A DNA stretch of 64,000 nucleotides from Mobula birostris (GCF_030028105.1 NC_092391.1:27501223-27565222); one strand, 5' to 3'. Positions 49,865-61,519 are shown, numbered from the stretch's first letter. Notes: generated by a model from the sequence alone, not told the origin. Translations and numbers: made by a program.

Positions 49865-50800
49865 ATTTAAGATTCAGGATTCAAGTTTATTCGTCATGTA
49901 TACATCGAAATATATGGCGTGTATGTTAACAACCAACACACCCGTGGCTGTGCTAGGGGCAGCCCGCAAATGTTGCCACGCATTCCGGCACCAACAAAGT
50001 ATGCTCACAATTCTCAGTAGAACAAGGCAGAACACAACAAGCAATAAAACAACAACAGTAAAGGCAAGCCCTGTTCCTGCCTTCCACTCACACATATACA
50101 CAGTCCTTCAACCTCCAACAACCACCCCAGGACAGGTTTCCAGCCTCCAGTCTCCAGCAGACATGGACTTGGGCCTGCAGACTCCAGGCTTCGACACCCC
50201 CCAGTGAACTCAGGCCTGCAGACATCAGACTTTGACCACCCCAGTGAACTCGGGCCTGCAGACACCAGGCTTCGACCAGCCCAATGGACTCGCAGAATTT
50301 CACAGACTCAGTAACGGTCAACAGGTCTCAACTTGGGGACTTCCAATTTGACCCTCAAGCCTCAATCCTCAGCATCAATCCCAGGACATACCAGTCAGTG
50401 AACACTAGGCCTCAAACTCCAGACTTGCTGCTGATGGGACCCTGAAAACCAGGCCTTGAAGTATGATCTCAAAGATATGTGAATCCATGGGGTCATCGGA
50501 ACTCATTCTTCCTGCCTGCGTGAACTCTGCCTCCAGAACCCACCGATAACTTGCTGAACTTGGTGGGGGGGGGGGGTCCTCATCTGACATCTGACCATGG
50601 ACGTCCCATGTCTATGCCGCTGGTCTTCGAATGCAGAGCGGAGATTTAGACTCCAGCTCGACCCCTAAATTCCCCCACATCCCTGTTCCTAAACCCTAAT
50701 CTGACCTCTAGCTCCCCTCTCTGTTCCCAAAACCATCTTTACTAACCTAAAAAACTATTAAAAATTGAACAATTAACCAATGAAAGAAACAACTGAACAA
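49865..50800 (-). mobile_element. Non-coding retroposon with LINE-type tail and internal ~40-bp tandem repeats (~50170-50285)
   Basis: Tail tgacgaataaacttgaatcctgaatc; repeats gggcctgcagac..cgac.ccccagtgaactc; tail similar to 48190-48320. Confidence 0.55.
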
Positions 50801-50829
50801 TTATTGCAATTATAATGTGTTCGTCAATT

Positions 50830-51790
50830 TCACCACGGTCCAGGTGAAAGCAGTAGCTCAGGAACATGAGTGCAGGAGGGTTGAGACCACTTCAAAGGGC
50901 ACAATTGGCCTCACCAGGATCTGTCCACCTTGATCCATTGTTGGACACCAGAGGAAGTCCTGGGCCGGGAATCTTTTCTTCATAAGCATCAAACTGGTCC
51001 TCATGCAGGTCGGTTCGTAACTGCTTCTTGAGCTTTGGCGGGATCGTGTCTTTGGGATCCCACAGAATTCAGCCTGGATCACGTGCATCAAGGACAGGGT
51101 GCAGTGTTGAAACGTGGCCGGTCCGTCAGCGTTAAATCCATGACGCTTAGAAGGACAGGATCCTGTCTTGTTTCTGCAATGCTGCTTGCTGTCACAGGCA
51201 GATCTCCAGTTCACAATACTTGGGAGTATCGCTCCATGTCATCACGTCCTGAGTGATTTTTGTATGGGCCTGCTGCGCTCATTTTCGTGGTTATACTCAA
51301 CGAGGTTAACGTCCACCGGCGTGTTCTCACTGCTGCAGGGTCTACACTGTTGACTTTGGTCAAGAAGAGTTTGTGATCTGTCAAATGAATTTCTGGCCAT
51401 ACAAATATTTGTGCAGTTGAAAATATCTTTGACCCCGACTGCAATGCTCAGTGCTTCTTTAAGTGTAAGTTCTGGAAGGGAAAGTGATTGAGAGGCCCAC
51501 AGCTGAGGGCCAAACAGTAGGGATGATTGCACTGACTTCGTATGGGTGACACGTCACAAGCAAGCGTCGGAGGCTTCTCTGAGTTGTAATCTGCCAGCTG
51601 CTTGCTCTGCTTGCATTGCTGAGATGTACCTTCACGCCACGGAGGCCAAGTTGATCTGACCTCTGCTTGCACAGTTCATGAGGTGGCTGTGATGAGACTG
51701 ACAGGCTGGCAAGAAACGGCCCATTATAATTCAACCAATTCAGGAATGACCTGAGCTCTGCACCTTGCTCGATGCAGGTTTGTTGCAGTA
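50830..51790 (-). mobile_element. Highly decayed Gypsy LTR-retrotransposon internal fragments
   Basis: ELRSFLNWLNYNGPFL..PPHEL and LADYNSEKPPTLACDVSP/YEVSAII (RT connection/RNase H); ELTLKEALSIA (gag-like). Confidence 0.65.
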
Positions 51791-52091
51791 AGTTTTGTAT
51801 TTTATCTCTCTTTCTTTTAAACTTAAGGGCGTACGGGCCTGGTCTGTTTAATCTCTCCTCATTTGACAACCCCGGCATTCCTGGAATTATTGTATGATGA
51901 ACCTTTCCTGCACCCTTCTATGGCAAGTGTTTTCTTCCTTGGGCAGGGAGATCAGACGTACACAGTTTTCCTGATGGGGTCTCACCTGGGTCCAATATTA
52001 CACTCAACAAGACAAGACAAAGGTTCTCTACCAACATACCCACAATGCACCACAATGACTTTTGACATTAAAGTTTCAAGGTGAGAGCTGA

Positions 52092-52580
52092 ACAACATAA
52101 GAGCACAAGAAACAGGAGTAGGAGTTGACAACTCGGTCTGTTGAGCCTGCTCAGCCTTTCAATGAGATCATGGTTGATTTGGCCGTGGACTCAGTTCCAC
52201 CTACCTACACTTTTCCAATAACCCTTCATTTCCCTGTTATTCAAAAATCTATTCACAGCAACTGTGTCTTAAATGTATTTAATGAGTTAGCGTCTACTGC
52301 TTTGCAGCACAGAGAGTGACACAGATTCACGACTTGCTGGGAAAAGCAAATTCTCCTCATCTCTGTCCTAAATCTATTCCTACAAATCTTGAAACTATCA
52401 GTGGAATAAACTTTCCTGTCTCTGTCTAACCTATTCTTTCCATAATTTTATATGTTTCTATAAGATCTATTCTTCTGAATTCCAGTGACTTTGGTCCCAG
52501 GTGATTCAATCTCTCCTCATAGATTAACCCCCTCATCTCCGGAATCAACCTTGTGAACCTCCTCTGCGCCACTTCCAATT
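52092..52580 (-). mobile_element. CR1 LINE 3' fragment
   Basis: Reverse of AQRRFTRLIPEMRGL; tail tcttgtgctcttatgtt. Confidence 0.8.
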
Positions 52581-52629
52581 CCTGTATCTAGTCTTTTCAC
52601 ACACAGTGCTCCAGGTCAATGCTTCCTAG

Positions 52630-53270
52630 TAGTAACAGTGCAATCACTCGAGTCAAGTATGATGTTCTCCGAAAGGGTTGTCTGTTGGTGGGATCCACAT
52701 GTTCTGGTGCACTGTGGATGTGAGTAAGTGGTGGCTCTGGTTAGTGGTTGGGTCTTTTGGTTGTTCAGTCTCTCCTGTTGCAGCTGCCACTTGTTCTCTG
52801 TGGCATGACGGGGCTCTCTCTTCAACAGATTTACTCTAGGTGCATTTATTGAGGGCCATGTCTTCCCAGTTTTTAGATGTAATGTTGAATTCCTTCAGGC
52901 TGATTTTGATGTTTATCTTTGAAGTGTTTCTTTTGCCCACCAGGAGCCCGCTGACATTCCTTCAGCTGGGAGTAAAGGATCTGTTTGGGAAGACGTGAGA
53001 TGAGCATCTGGATGACCTGACCTATCTATCGGAGTTGATGTTGCTTCATCGTGGTGGAAATGCTCTTTATGTTGGCCACCTCCAGTATGCTGGTGTTAGT
53101 GTGTCTGTCCTTCCAGCTGATTCTCATAATCGTTCGTAAAGCTCTTTGGTGGTATTGTTCCAGGGCTTTCGGGTCTCTGCTGTAGGTGGTCCATGACTCA
53201 GCTCCATACAGGAGTGTAGGAAGGACAACAGCTCTACAGACTAAAGGTTTAGCTTGGACCTGTATGACAC
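52630..53270 (-). mobile_element. RTE-clade LINE 3' fragment
   Basis: AVVLPTLLYGAESWTTY..LEQYHQRALRTIMRISWKD..TNTSIL..QHQLR, then RLPKQILYSQL..PGGQKKHFKD. Confidence 0.9.
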
Positions 53271-53654
53271 GTTCACCTGTCATAGTGTTGGAAGAATCTC
53301 TCCTAGCAGCCATGCGATGTAGAGAGAGGCTGCACTCAGTGCTTCGTCCATGCAAGGACTATGTGGAGGTCACTCCTACCAACATAGTCACAAGCAGTCA
53401 ATATGTAACCTCAGCTCAGTCTAATCACGTAGAAGGAAGGCTCCCTGTCTATTGAATCAATGCCGGCTCTCAGAGCAATCCCAACAATCCCATTCCCTCA
53501 CATATTCTTTTTAACCTATTCCCCGTCTCTTGTCATTAAACACCCCCCCTCCCGTTGCCCACCTACACTAGGGGAAGTTAAAGTAACTTGTTAACTTACC
53601 CAACATCATGCCTTTGGGATATGAGAGGAGACTGGTTCACCTGGATGAAACACA

Positions 53655-54410
53655 TGAAACCCCTTTTTCTCGGGCGTCTTTAGCAATGCCCCTCACTAAC
53701 AGCCACCTGACTCAGTGGTGAGAAAACTCTGTTTCTCAGGCTCCGTACATCTAGGGTCGATATGACTTGGGTCCCACCAGAACCGGGAAGTTGGGATGTC
53801 TCGCCCACCCAACCCCCGATTTGTGTGAATATTGTGTAAGTGCTGGCCCCATGCAATTGCCCCGTCGACAAAAAGTAACAGATTGTACAACTGCATACAA
53901 TTATAAGGAAAGTATATTTATAAATGTTAACTTAACTAAACCATTATTAAAGAGGAAAGGAAAAAAAAAGAAAAGAAAGCAAAATGGCCCATCATAATTA
54001 AAACAGTGTGCACAGGCTGAAGCTTAAATATTCCAAAAGCCGATGTGTCCAATGTTCTCACGGTGCCAACTCATCTTCACCGATCACCAGTAGGATTTCC
54101 CTGTTGGACTCCATTGAGTCACACATTCCTGTTGGATAGAATCCTACAGCCGATTCTCTCGAGCCTCTTCTCTCTTCATCTCCTGCCAAAAAAGACCTTG
54201 ACCCATCTCAGTGTCCGTCACAAAACCTCTCTGCCCAGCGTTTTCTAGAACCTTCTCCCAATTCCACCATCCTGATTGGATGACACGACGTTCCTAAGCA
54301 TGAACTTCACAACCCCTTATCTTTACCAGCAGAACACACTGCTTCTACAGAAAGCCATTAAATGAAATACCCTACTATATTAGCAGTGAAATCTTAACCA
54401 GGGCGTTACA
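53655..54410. mobile_element. Solo LTR (756 bp) inserted in a V-SINE
   Basis: Termini TGAAACCCC ... GGGCGTTACA; 4-bp TSD CACA (53651-54, 54411-14); the flanks rejoin into a minus-strand V-SINE (~53560-54525). Confidence 0.75.
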
Positions 54411-54564
54411 CACACATGGTCACAGAAAGGACAATGGGGACTCCACGCAGACAGCACCAGAAGTCAGGATTGAAGTTGAGTCTCTGGAGCTCTAAGGCAG
54501 CAGCACTACCCACTGCTTCACTGTATTGTCTATTTGGTCATCTTCAGAATCATGTCCCTGTGAG

Positions 54565-54895
54565 AAGCGCACAAAGTGCTGGAGGAACTCAGCAGTTCAG
54601 GCAGTGTCTATGCAAGGGAATAAACAGTCAATGTTTTGTGCCAATATCCTTCATCAGGACTGGAAAGGAAGGGGGAAGAAGCCAGAATAAGAAGGTGGAA
54701 GGAAGAGAAGGAGTAGAAGCTTATCGGTAGATAGGTGAAGCTAGGTGAGGGAAAAAGTGGGTGGGATGAAGTGAGAAGCTGGGAGGTGATAGGTGAAAAA
54801 GATAAAGGGCTGAAGAAGAAGGAATCTGATAGGAGAGGAGAGTGGACCATGGGACGAAAGGAAGGAGGAGGTGCACCAGAGGGAGGTGATAGGTC
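54565..54895 (-). mobile_element. PLE 3'UTR/tail fragment with decayed hammerhead
   Basis: gtgctggaggaactcagcag..cagtcaatgttttgtgccaatatccttcatcaggactgg. Confidence 0.75.
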
Positions 54896-55814
54896 TCTAG
54901 GAACTTCCTGTGTGCAGATTTGTCATTGAGTTTCCTTCAATGCAAAAGTACTTAATCGGTTGTAAAAGATTTCGGAATGTCCTGAGATGGTCAGGATTTT
55001 TTTTATGAGAATTGAACTCTGACGATCAAGACAAGAATTCAGGACACCTCTTGATGGATTTAATCTCCCTAATGGTTTTACTTAGTTTTTGTAGTTTCAA
55101 AGAATTAAATGGATTCTTTGAAGACTTAATCTATTGCTGATTAAAGAGTACATTCACTTTCCAATAAACCCAAGCAATCAATGAACGGTTGACTATTCCA
55201 CTCTTAAGCAATCCGTCACTCAGTGCATGCTTGCTTTCTCACACTGATGTGCACATCGGTGCAGGACTTTGTTCAATATCTGACTATAATATTGGCTGCT
55301 ATTCCAATCAGATGCCTTGAAAACAACTTCAAACTGTTACAGTTTCTGCACTGGCTGCCACTGAGAGAAAATACAGGCGCTTGGGTATTGACCTTTAGTC
55401 AAGCTCAAACTTCAGTGTGCTACATTATTCTAAACCAAGCAAAGCTGACTGTCAAGTGGGCAGCCCATCTCCCGCCTTCAGCCTCCAATCACTTTGTTTT
55501 AAAACTCCTGCTCCATAATAAAGGTGCAGCCTCTTTGAAACAAAAACAGAAGATTCTGGAAGAACTCAGCCTCAGTGGAAAGACAAGTCGGTCAACATTT
55601 CAGGTTGGTGACCCTTCTTCAGAACTGGGTGGAAAGCAGAGGGGAACACAAGCCAAATGCTGGAGAAACTCAGACCAAAACCTCGACTGTACTTTTTTCC
55701 ATAGATTCTGCCTGGTCTGCTGAGTTCCTCCAGCATTTTGTGTGCGTTGCTTGGATTTCCAGCATCTGCAGATTTTCTCTTTGTGGAAAGTGGAGGGGGG
55801 AAAGTTATCAGTAA

Positions 55815-56603
55815 CACTGGACAACAATTATTTTCAAAAGTGTTGCTTCTTCAGAATTTTTTTGTTTATACTTGAAGCTGAACTCAAATATAATTTCAGA
55901 CTACTTGTATCATGTAGGAACTTGGAGAAACAAGAATTTATTGAACATAATGCATTTAATTGCATAGTGGCGCTGATGCTTTGCAATAGTTCAACTAAGC
56001 TAAGAATATTTTGCTGATGATTTTCATTTGTGCTCAGTATATGAGGCTTCTCTCTTAAGTATCCAATAATAATCAGCCAGATCTTTGATGGATTCCAGTT
56101 GCCCTGATACCATTTCTCCATGACCACAATGTCCTGATGAAACCTTTCACCATGCTCATCACTGATAGTGCCAAGATTTGCAGGGAAGAAGTCTAAATGG
56201 GAATGCAGAAAAGAAACCTTTAGTGACATGTTGCACTTCATGATTTTGTATGTTTGAATCATGTTGTCAACCATCTGCATGTAGATTGGTGCTCTATAGT
56301 TGCCAAGAAAAATTTCAACAACATCCTTAAATGTCTGCCATGTGATCTTCTCTGGTCCAAGTAGGGGTTTTTCGAATTGCCTGACATTGATGACCGTTTT
56401 GGTTTGTGGATCAACAAAAATGCCTTCCTTAATCTTGGCATCAATTATTCTGATCTGAATTATGAATTGAAATAATAAAGATAGGTGATTTTAAAAAATT
56501 GTGCATGATAGGGAAATTTCATGGTGATTTTCATGATCAGCAGTCCAAAATCCATAAGATACACCCAAAAGTATTCAGGAAACAAAATCTTTGTTTTCCA
56601 GTG
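55815..56603 (-). mobile_element. Internally deleted Chapaev3-like (CMC superfamily) DNA transposon
   Basis: TIRs CACTGGACAACAA / TTGTTTTCCAGTG with flanks TAA/TTA; transposase C-terminus DAKIKEGIFV..FLGNYRAP..CNMSLKVSFLHSHLDFFPANLGTISDEHGERFHQDI..YQGNW. Confidence 0.8.
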
Positions 56604-56829
56604 TTATCAAAGGCCTGCCGAATGGTCTCAGCCTGAAACACCGACTGTACTCTTTTCCATAGATGCTGCCTGGCTTACTGGGTCTCCAGCATTTTATGTT
56701 GCTTGGATTTCCAGCATCTTCAGATTTTCTTTTGTTTGTGATAGAAAACTATCCAGTAGTCCAGGGGTCCTTGATCCCTTGGTTAATGGTAAGGCTCCAT
56801 GGCATAAAAGAGGTTGGGAACCCCTGCTG

Positions 56830-56965
56830 TAGTCCTAATGAAGGATCTTGGCCCAAAACGTTGACTGCTCATTCCCTTCCATAGATGCTGCCTGACTGGC
56901 TGAGTTGCTCCAGCATTTTGTGTGAATTACTCAGGATTTACAGCATCTGCAGAATCTCTTGTGCT
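56830..56965 (+). mobile_element. PLE 3'-tail fragment with decayed hammerhead (another copy at ~56612-56740)
   Basis: agtcctaatgaaggatcttggcccaaaacgttgactg..gatgctgcctgactggctgagttgctccagca. Confidence 0.7.
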
Positions 56966-58384
56966 TCTGTAGTCTACCATGTCTCTAGTCCTCATGATTT
57001 TGTTCACCTCACTCATTTCCCACTTAACCTCCTCTACTCCAGGAGAATAGACTTAGCCCCTCCCATCCATCCTTATAATTAAACCACTCCAGCCCAGGCA
57101 ACAAAATGGCGAATCTGCCCCACATTCCTTCCCCTATCACAACGATCAGAACTGTACACAGTTCTGCAGCTGAGAAATATCCACAATGTTACGAACAAAC
57201 GTAACCTCCTAACTTCTGTACTCAGTGCCTTGATTCCATATGCCTTCCTAACTATGCTATCTACTGGTGTTGCACCTTTAGTGACCTACGAACCTGTACT
57301 CCAAAGTCCCTCTGTTCCTCAATACTCCCTCAGACCCAACCAAAGGGAGAAAAACATGGCACCTGTGTGGATCCACAGAGCATCTGGCAGCCCTGCCATC
57401 TCTGTCCTGGAGGGTGATGTCAGAATATCCTTCAAGGCAACAGACTGACCGTGTACCCGGACGGGTACTGAAAACCTGTGCCAATCAACAGGGTCAAGGA
57501 CGTCTTTGAACTCTCACGGCTGTGATCTGAGGCTTCCACTTGCTTCAAAGGGCAGCCATGATTCCAGTGGCCAAGAAGGGCAGGGTGATTATTGCCCAGT
57601 CGTATTCACATCATCTGTGATGAAATGCTTTGAGAGTTTGGTCTTGGCCAGAATTAACTCCTACCTGAGCAAGGACTTGAACCTATTGCAATTCATGGAG
57701 GAGGTACAGAAACCAGAAGACCCACACTAAATGATTAAGGAAATGCTTTCCCTCTGCCATCAGCTTTCTGAATGATCCACAAACCATGTCATTCCTTTTG
57801 TTTTTGCACAGCTCTTTTATTGTTACAATTTATAGATTTTTGTATTGTAATGACAAAACAACAACTTCATGTCATATATCAGCGATAATAAACCTGATTC
57901 AGATTCATGGTTGGTGTCCTTGCCTTATTAGTCCTCCCGAAATCACTTCGCAATTGTCCAGATTGAACTCCATCTGCCAGTTTGAGTTTTGCCAAGAGCC
58001 TGTATGACTAACATATTGATGTTCTCCTGCAACCTGAGGCTAGCTTCCACACGATCAACAACTCCAACAACCTCCAAGTCATCTGTAAGCTTACTGTTGT
58101 GGCCTCCCACATCCACATCCAGGGTCATACACACACACACGTTACAAACAGCAAGGATCCCAGCACCAGCCCTTGTGGGACATCATATGTCACAGGCATC
58201 CGATCGCACAAATAACTCTCTACCAGCACTCTCTGCCTCCTATTGCCAAGCCAATTGTGGATCTAGTTTGTCAACTGATACCGGATCCCATACCAATCTC
58301 TCATGTGGGACATTGTCAGAGGCTTTAGTAAATTCCATGTTTGTCACATCTAGAATCTTGCCCTCAAGGATACGCTTCAAAGAA

Positions 58385-61300
58385 ACAGAATCAGATTTAA
58401 TATCATTGGCATATGTCATGAAATTTGTTGTCCTTACAACAGCAGTACAATGCAATACATTATAATAAGAAAAAGAAAGGTGTATTACAGAAAAAAATAT
58501 AAAACAGTTAAATTAAGTAGGTAGAGCAAAAATAAAAACAAAAAACATTAGTGAGTCAGTGTTCATGGGTTCAATATCCATTCAAAAATTAGATGGCAGA
58601 GGGGAAGAAGCTGTTCCTGAGTTACTGAGTGTGAGCCTTAAGGCTTCTGTACCTCCTCCCTGATGGTAGCAATGAGAACAAAGCATGACCTGGGTGATGG
58701 GTGTCCGTAACAAGGGTGCCGACTTTTTGAGTCATCGCTCCTTGGAGATGTCCTGGATGCTATGGAGGCGAGTGCCCATGATGAACTTGACTAAGTTTAC
58801 AACTCTCTGCAGCTTATTTTGTTGCTGTGCAGTAGCAATCCCCTCCCCTACCCGCCAACCGTACCAGACGGTGATGCAGCCAGTTAGATTGCTCTCCACA
58901 TTACATCTGTGGAAATTTGCGAGTGTTTTAGGTGACATACCAAATCTCCTCAAACTCCTAATGAAATATAACTGCTGTTGTGCCTTCTTTTGTAGCTGCA
59001 TCGATATGTTGGGCCCAGACACCCATGAAACTTGAGATTGCTCATTCTTTCTGCTTCTGACCTCCACTGTCAGTTCTTTGGTCTTACTGATGTTGAGTGC
59101 CAGGTTGTTGCTGTGATACCATCAACTAATTGATATATTTCGCGCTGGTCCGCCCTCCTGTCACCATCTGAAATTCAGCCAACAATAGTTGTGTAGTCAG
59201 CATATTTATAGATGGCATTTGAGCTGTGCCTAGCCACACAGTCATGGGTGTAGAGAGAGTAGAGCAGTGGGCTAAGCACACATCTCTGTGGAGTGTCGGT
59301 GCTGAGGTGGAGATGCTATTTCCAATCCACACAGATTGTGGTCTTCTGATTAGGAAGTCGAGGATCCATTTGCAGAGGGAGGTACAGAGGCGCAGGCTTT
59401 GGAGTTTTTCGATCAGGACTGCAGGAATGATTGTGTTAAACACAGATCTGCAGTCAGTAAACAGCATCCTGACATAGGTATTAGTATTGTCCAGTGATCC
59501 AAGGCCTCATGAAGAACTAATGAGATCACATCTGCCGTATACCTATTGTGGTGAAAGGCAAATTGCAGTGGGTCCAGGTCCTTGCTGAGACAGGAGTTGA
59601 TTCTAGCCATAACCAACCTGTCAAAACACTGAATCACTGTAGATGTGAGTGCTACTGGATGATAGTGGTTAAAACAGCTCACCTTGCTCTTCTTGGGCAC
59701 TGGTATGACTGTTGCTCTTTTGAAGCAGTTGAGAACTTCTGAATGTAGTAATGAGAGATTGAAAACACACCTGCCAGTTGGTTGGCACAGGTTTTCAGAG
59801 CCCTACTAGATACTCCTTGATGCCTTGCGAGGGTTTACCCTCTTGAAAGACGGTCCAACATCAGCCTCAGACAGAGACCACAGGGCCATCGAATGCTGCA
59901 AGGATCCTCATACCTGTAGTTTTACTCTCAAAGCGAGCAGAAAGGGCGCTGAGCTTGTCTGGATGTGAAGCATCACAGCCATTCATGATGTTAGGTTTTG
60001 CCTTGCAGGAAGCAACGGCCTGTAAACCCTGCCAGAGTTGACGTGCACCTGATACCGCCTCCAACCTTGTTCAGAGTTGTTTCTTTGTTCTTGAGATAGC
60101 CCTCTGTAAGTCGTCTCTGGATTTCTGGCATAGTCAAGGGTGGCCAGAAATGAGTTTCACAGGTCTAGCCCACAGCAGACTTCAAGTGTCTTGGTTCATC
60201 CACGGCTTTTGATTTGGGTATGCACAGTGTGTTCTTGTAGGCACACACTCATCCACACAGGTTTTAATGAATTCAGTAACAGCTGGGGCTCAGCATCAGA
60301 ATCAGGTTTAATGTCACCGACATATGTTGTGAAATTTGTTGTCTTTGGGCTGCAGTACAGTGCAATAATAATCATAATCACAATAATACATAATAAAAAA
60401 AACTGTGAATAATGGTATATATATTAAATAGTTAAATTAAATAAGTAGTGCAAAAATGGAAATAAAAAAGTAGTGAGGTAGTGTTCATGGGTTCAATGTC
60501 CGTTCAGAAATCGGATGGCAGTGGGGAAGAAGCTGTTCCTAAAATTGTTCAGTGTGTACCTTCAGACTGCCACACCTGCTCCCCGATGGTAGCACTGAGA
60601 GCAAGGCATGTCATGGTGATGGGGTTCTTAATGATGGACGCCACCTTTTTGAGGCACCACTTCTTGAAGATGTCCTGGATGACACCTTCAAAGATGAATC
60701 CCTGAATACAACCCAGTCCACCGATTCAAAGCAGCCTTTAAGCACTCCCGCACCTCCCTTGCCCATATCTTCTTGGTCTTCATTGCTGATGCTAGCAGTC
60801 TTTAGTCTCTGCCTCTACTCAAGCAGTAGGAGTACAGCCAGGTGATCAGACTTCCTGAAGTGAGGGCTTGGAATAGCACGGGAGGCATTCTTGATGGCGG
60901 TGTAGCAATGGTCCAGTCTGTTGGTTCTCTGGTACTACAAGTGATTTGTTGGTAATAATTAGTTAGAGATGGTTTCAAGCTGGCCCGGTTAAAATCCCCC
61001 AACATGATGGGAAAGGCATCAGAGTGCGCTGTTTCATGCCTGTTGATTACATTGTCTAGTTCTTCTAGAGCCTTTTTTACATTGGTCTGTGTTGGGCACA
61101 TGGCCAAGTGGTTAAGGCGTTCATCTAGTGATCTGAAGGTTGATAGTTCGAGCCTCAGCTGTGGCAGTGTGTTTGTGTCCTTGAGCAAGGCACTTAACCA
61201 CACATTGCTCTAGTGTCTGTGCGAGGAGTGGCGCCCCACACAGACTTCCAATCTGCACCTTGTAAGGCATGAAAATGCCTGACGCAGGTTCCTCATGGTT

Positions 61301-61420
61301 TGAGTCGATGTTCCCTCCCTCCTGTGGTGGGACGTACACTGCCACCAGGATGATGGCTGAAATCTCCTGCAGCAGATAAAATGGATGGCACTTGATCGCG
61401 AGTCTTTCAAGTTGGATGAG
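58385..61420 (-). mobile_element. Rex1/Babar LINE spanning AP-endonuclease remnant to 3' tail, with nested Rex1 tail (~60295-60685) and SINE
   Basis: AVYVPPQ|TNVKKALEEL..IMLGDFNRASL (APE), YHPVALTSTVIQCFDRLV..LDPLQFAF, QQLYFIRSLRRFGMSPKTLANFHRC. Confidence 0.9.
61097..61321 (+). mobile_element. tRNA-derived SINE with CORE-like segment; same head as 8743-9048, different tail
   Basis: TGGCCAAGTGG (61101-11), AGTTCGAGCC, gtgtccttgagcaaggcacttaacc; TSD ctgtgttggg (61087-96) / ctgtggtggg (61322-31). Confidence 0.85.
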
Positions 61421-61519
61421 CAGAACTGGGACAGCACAGCAAAGAGTTGATCATAAAGCATACTCCACCTCCTCTGCCTTGAAAGATTCAGCTGCCCTTT
61501 CTTGACCAATAAAGTAGTT

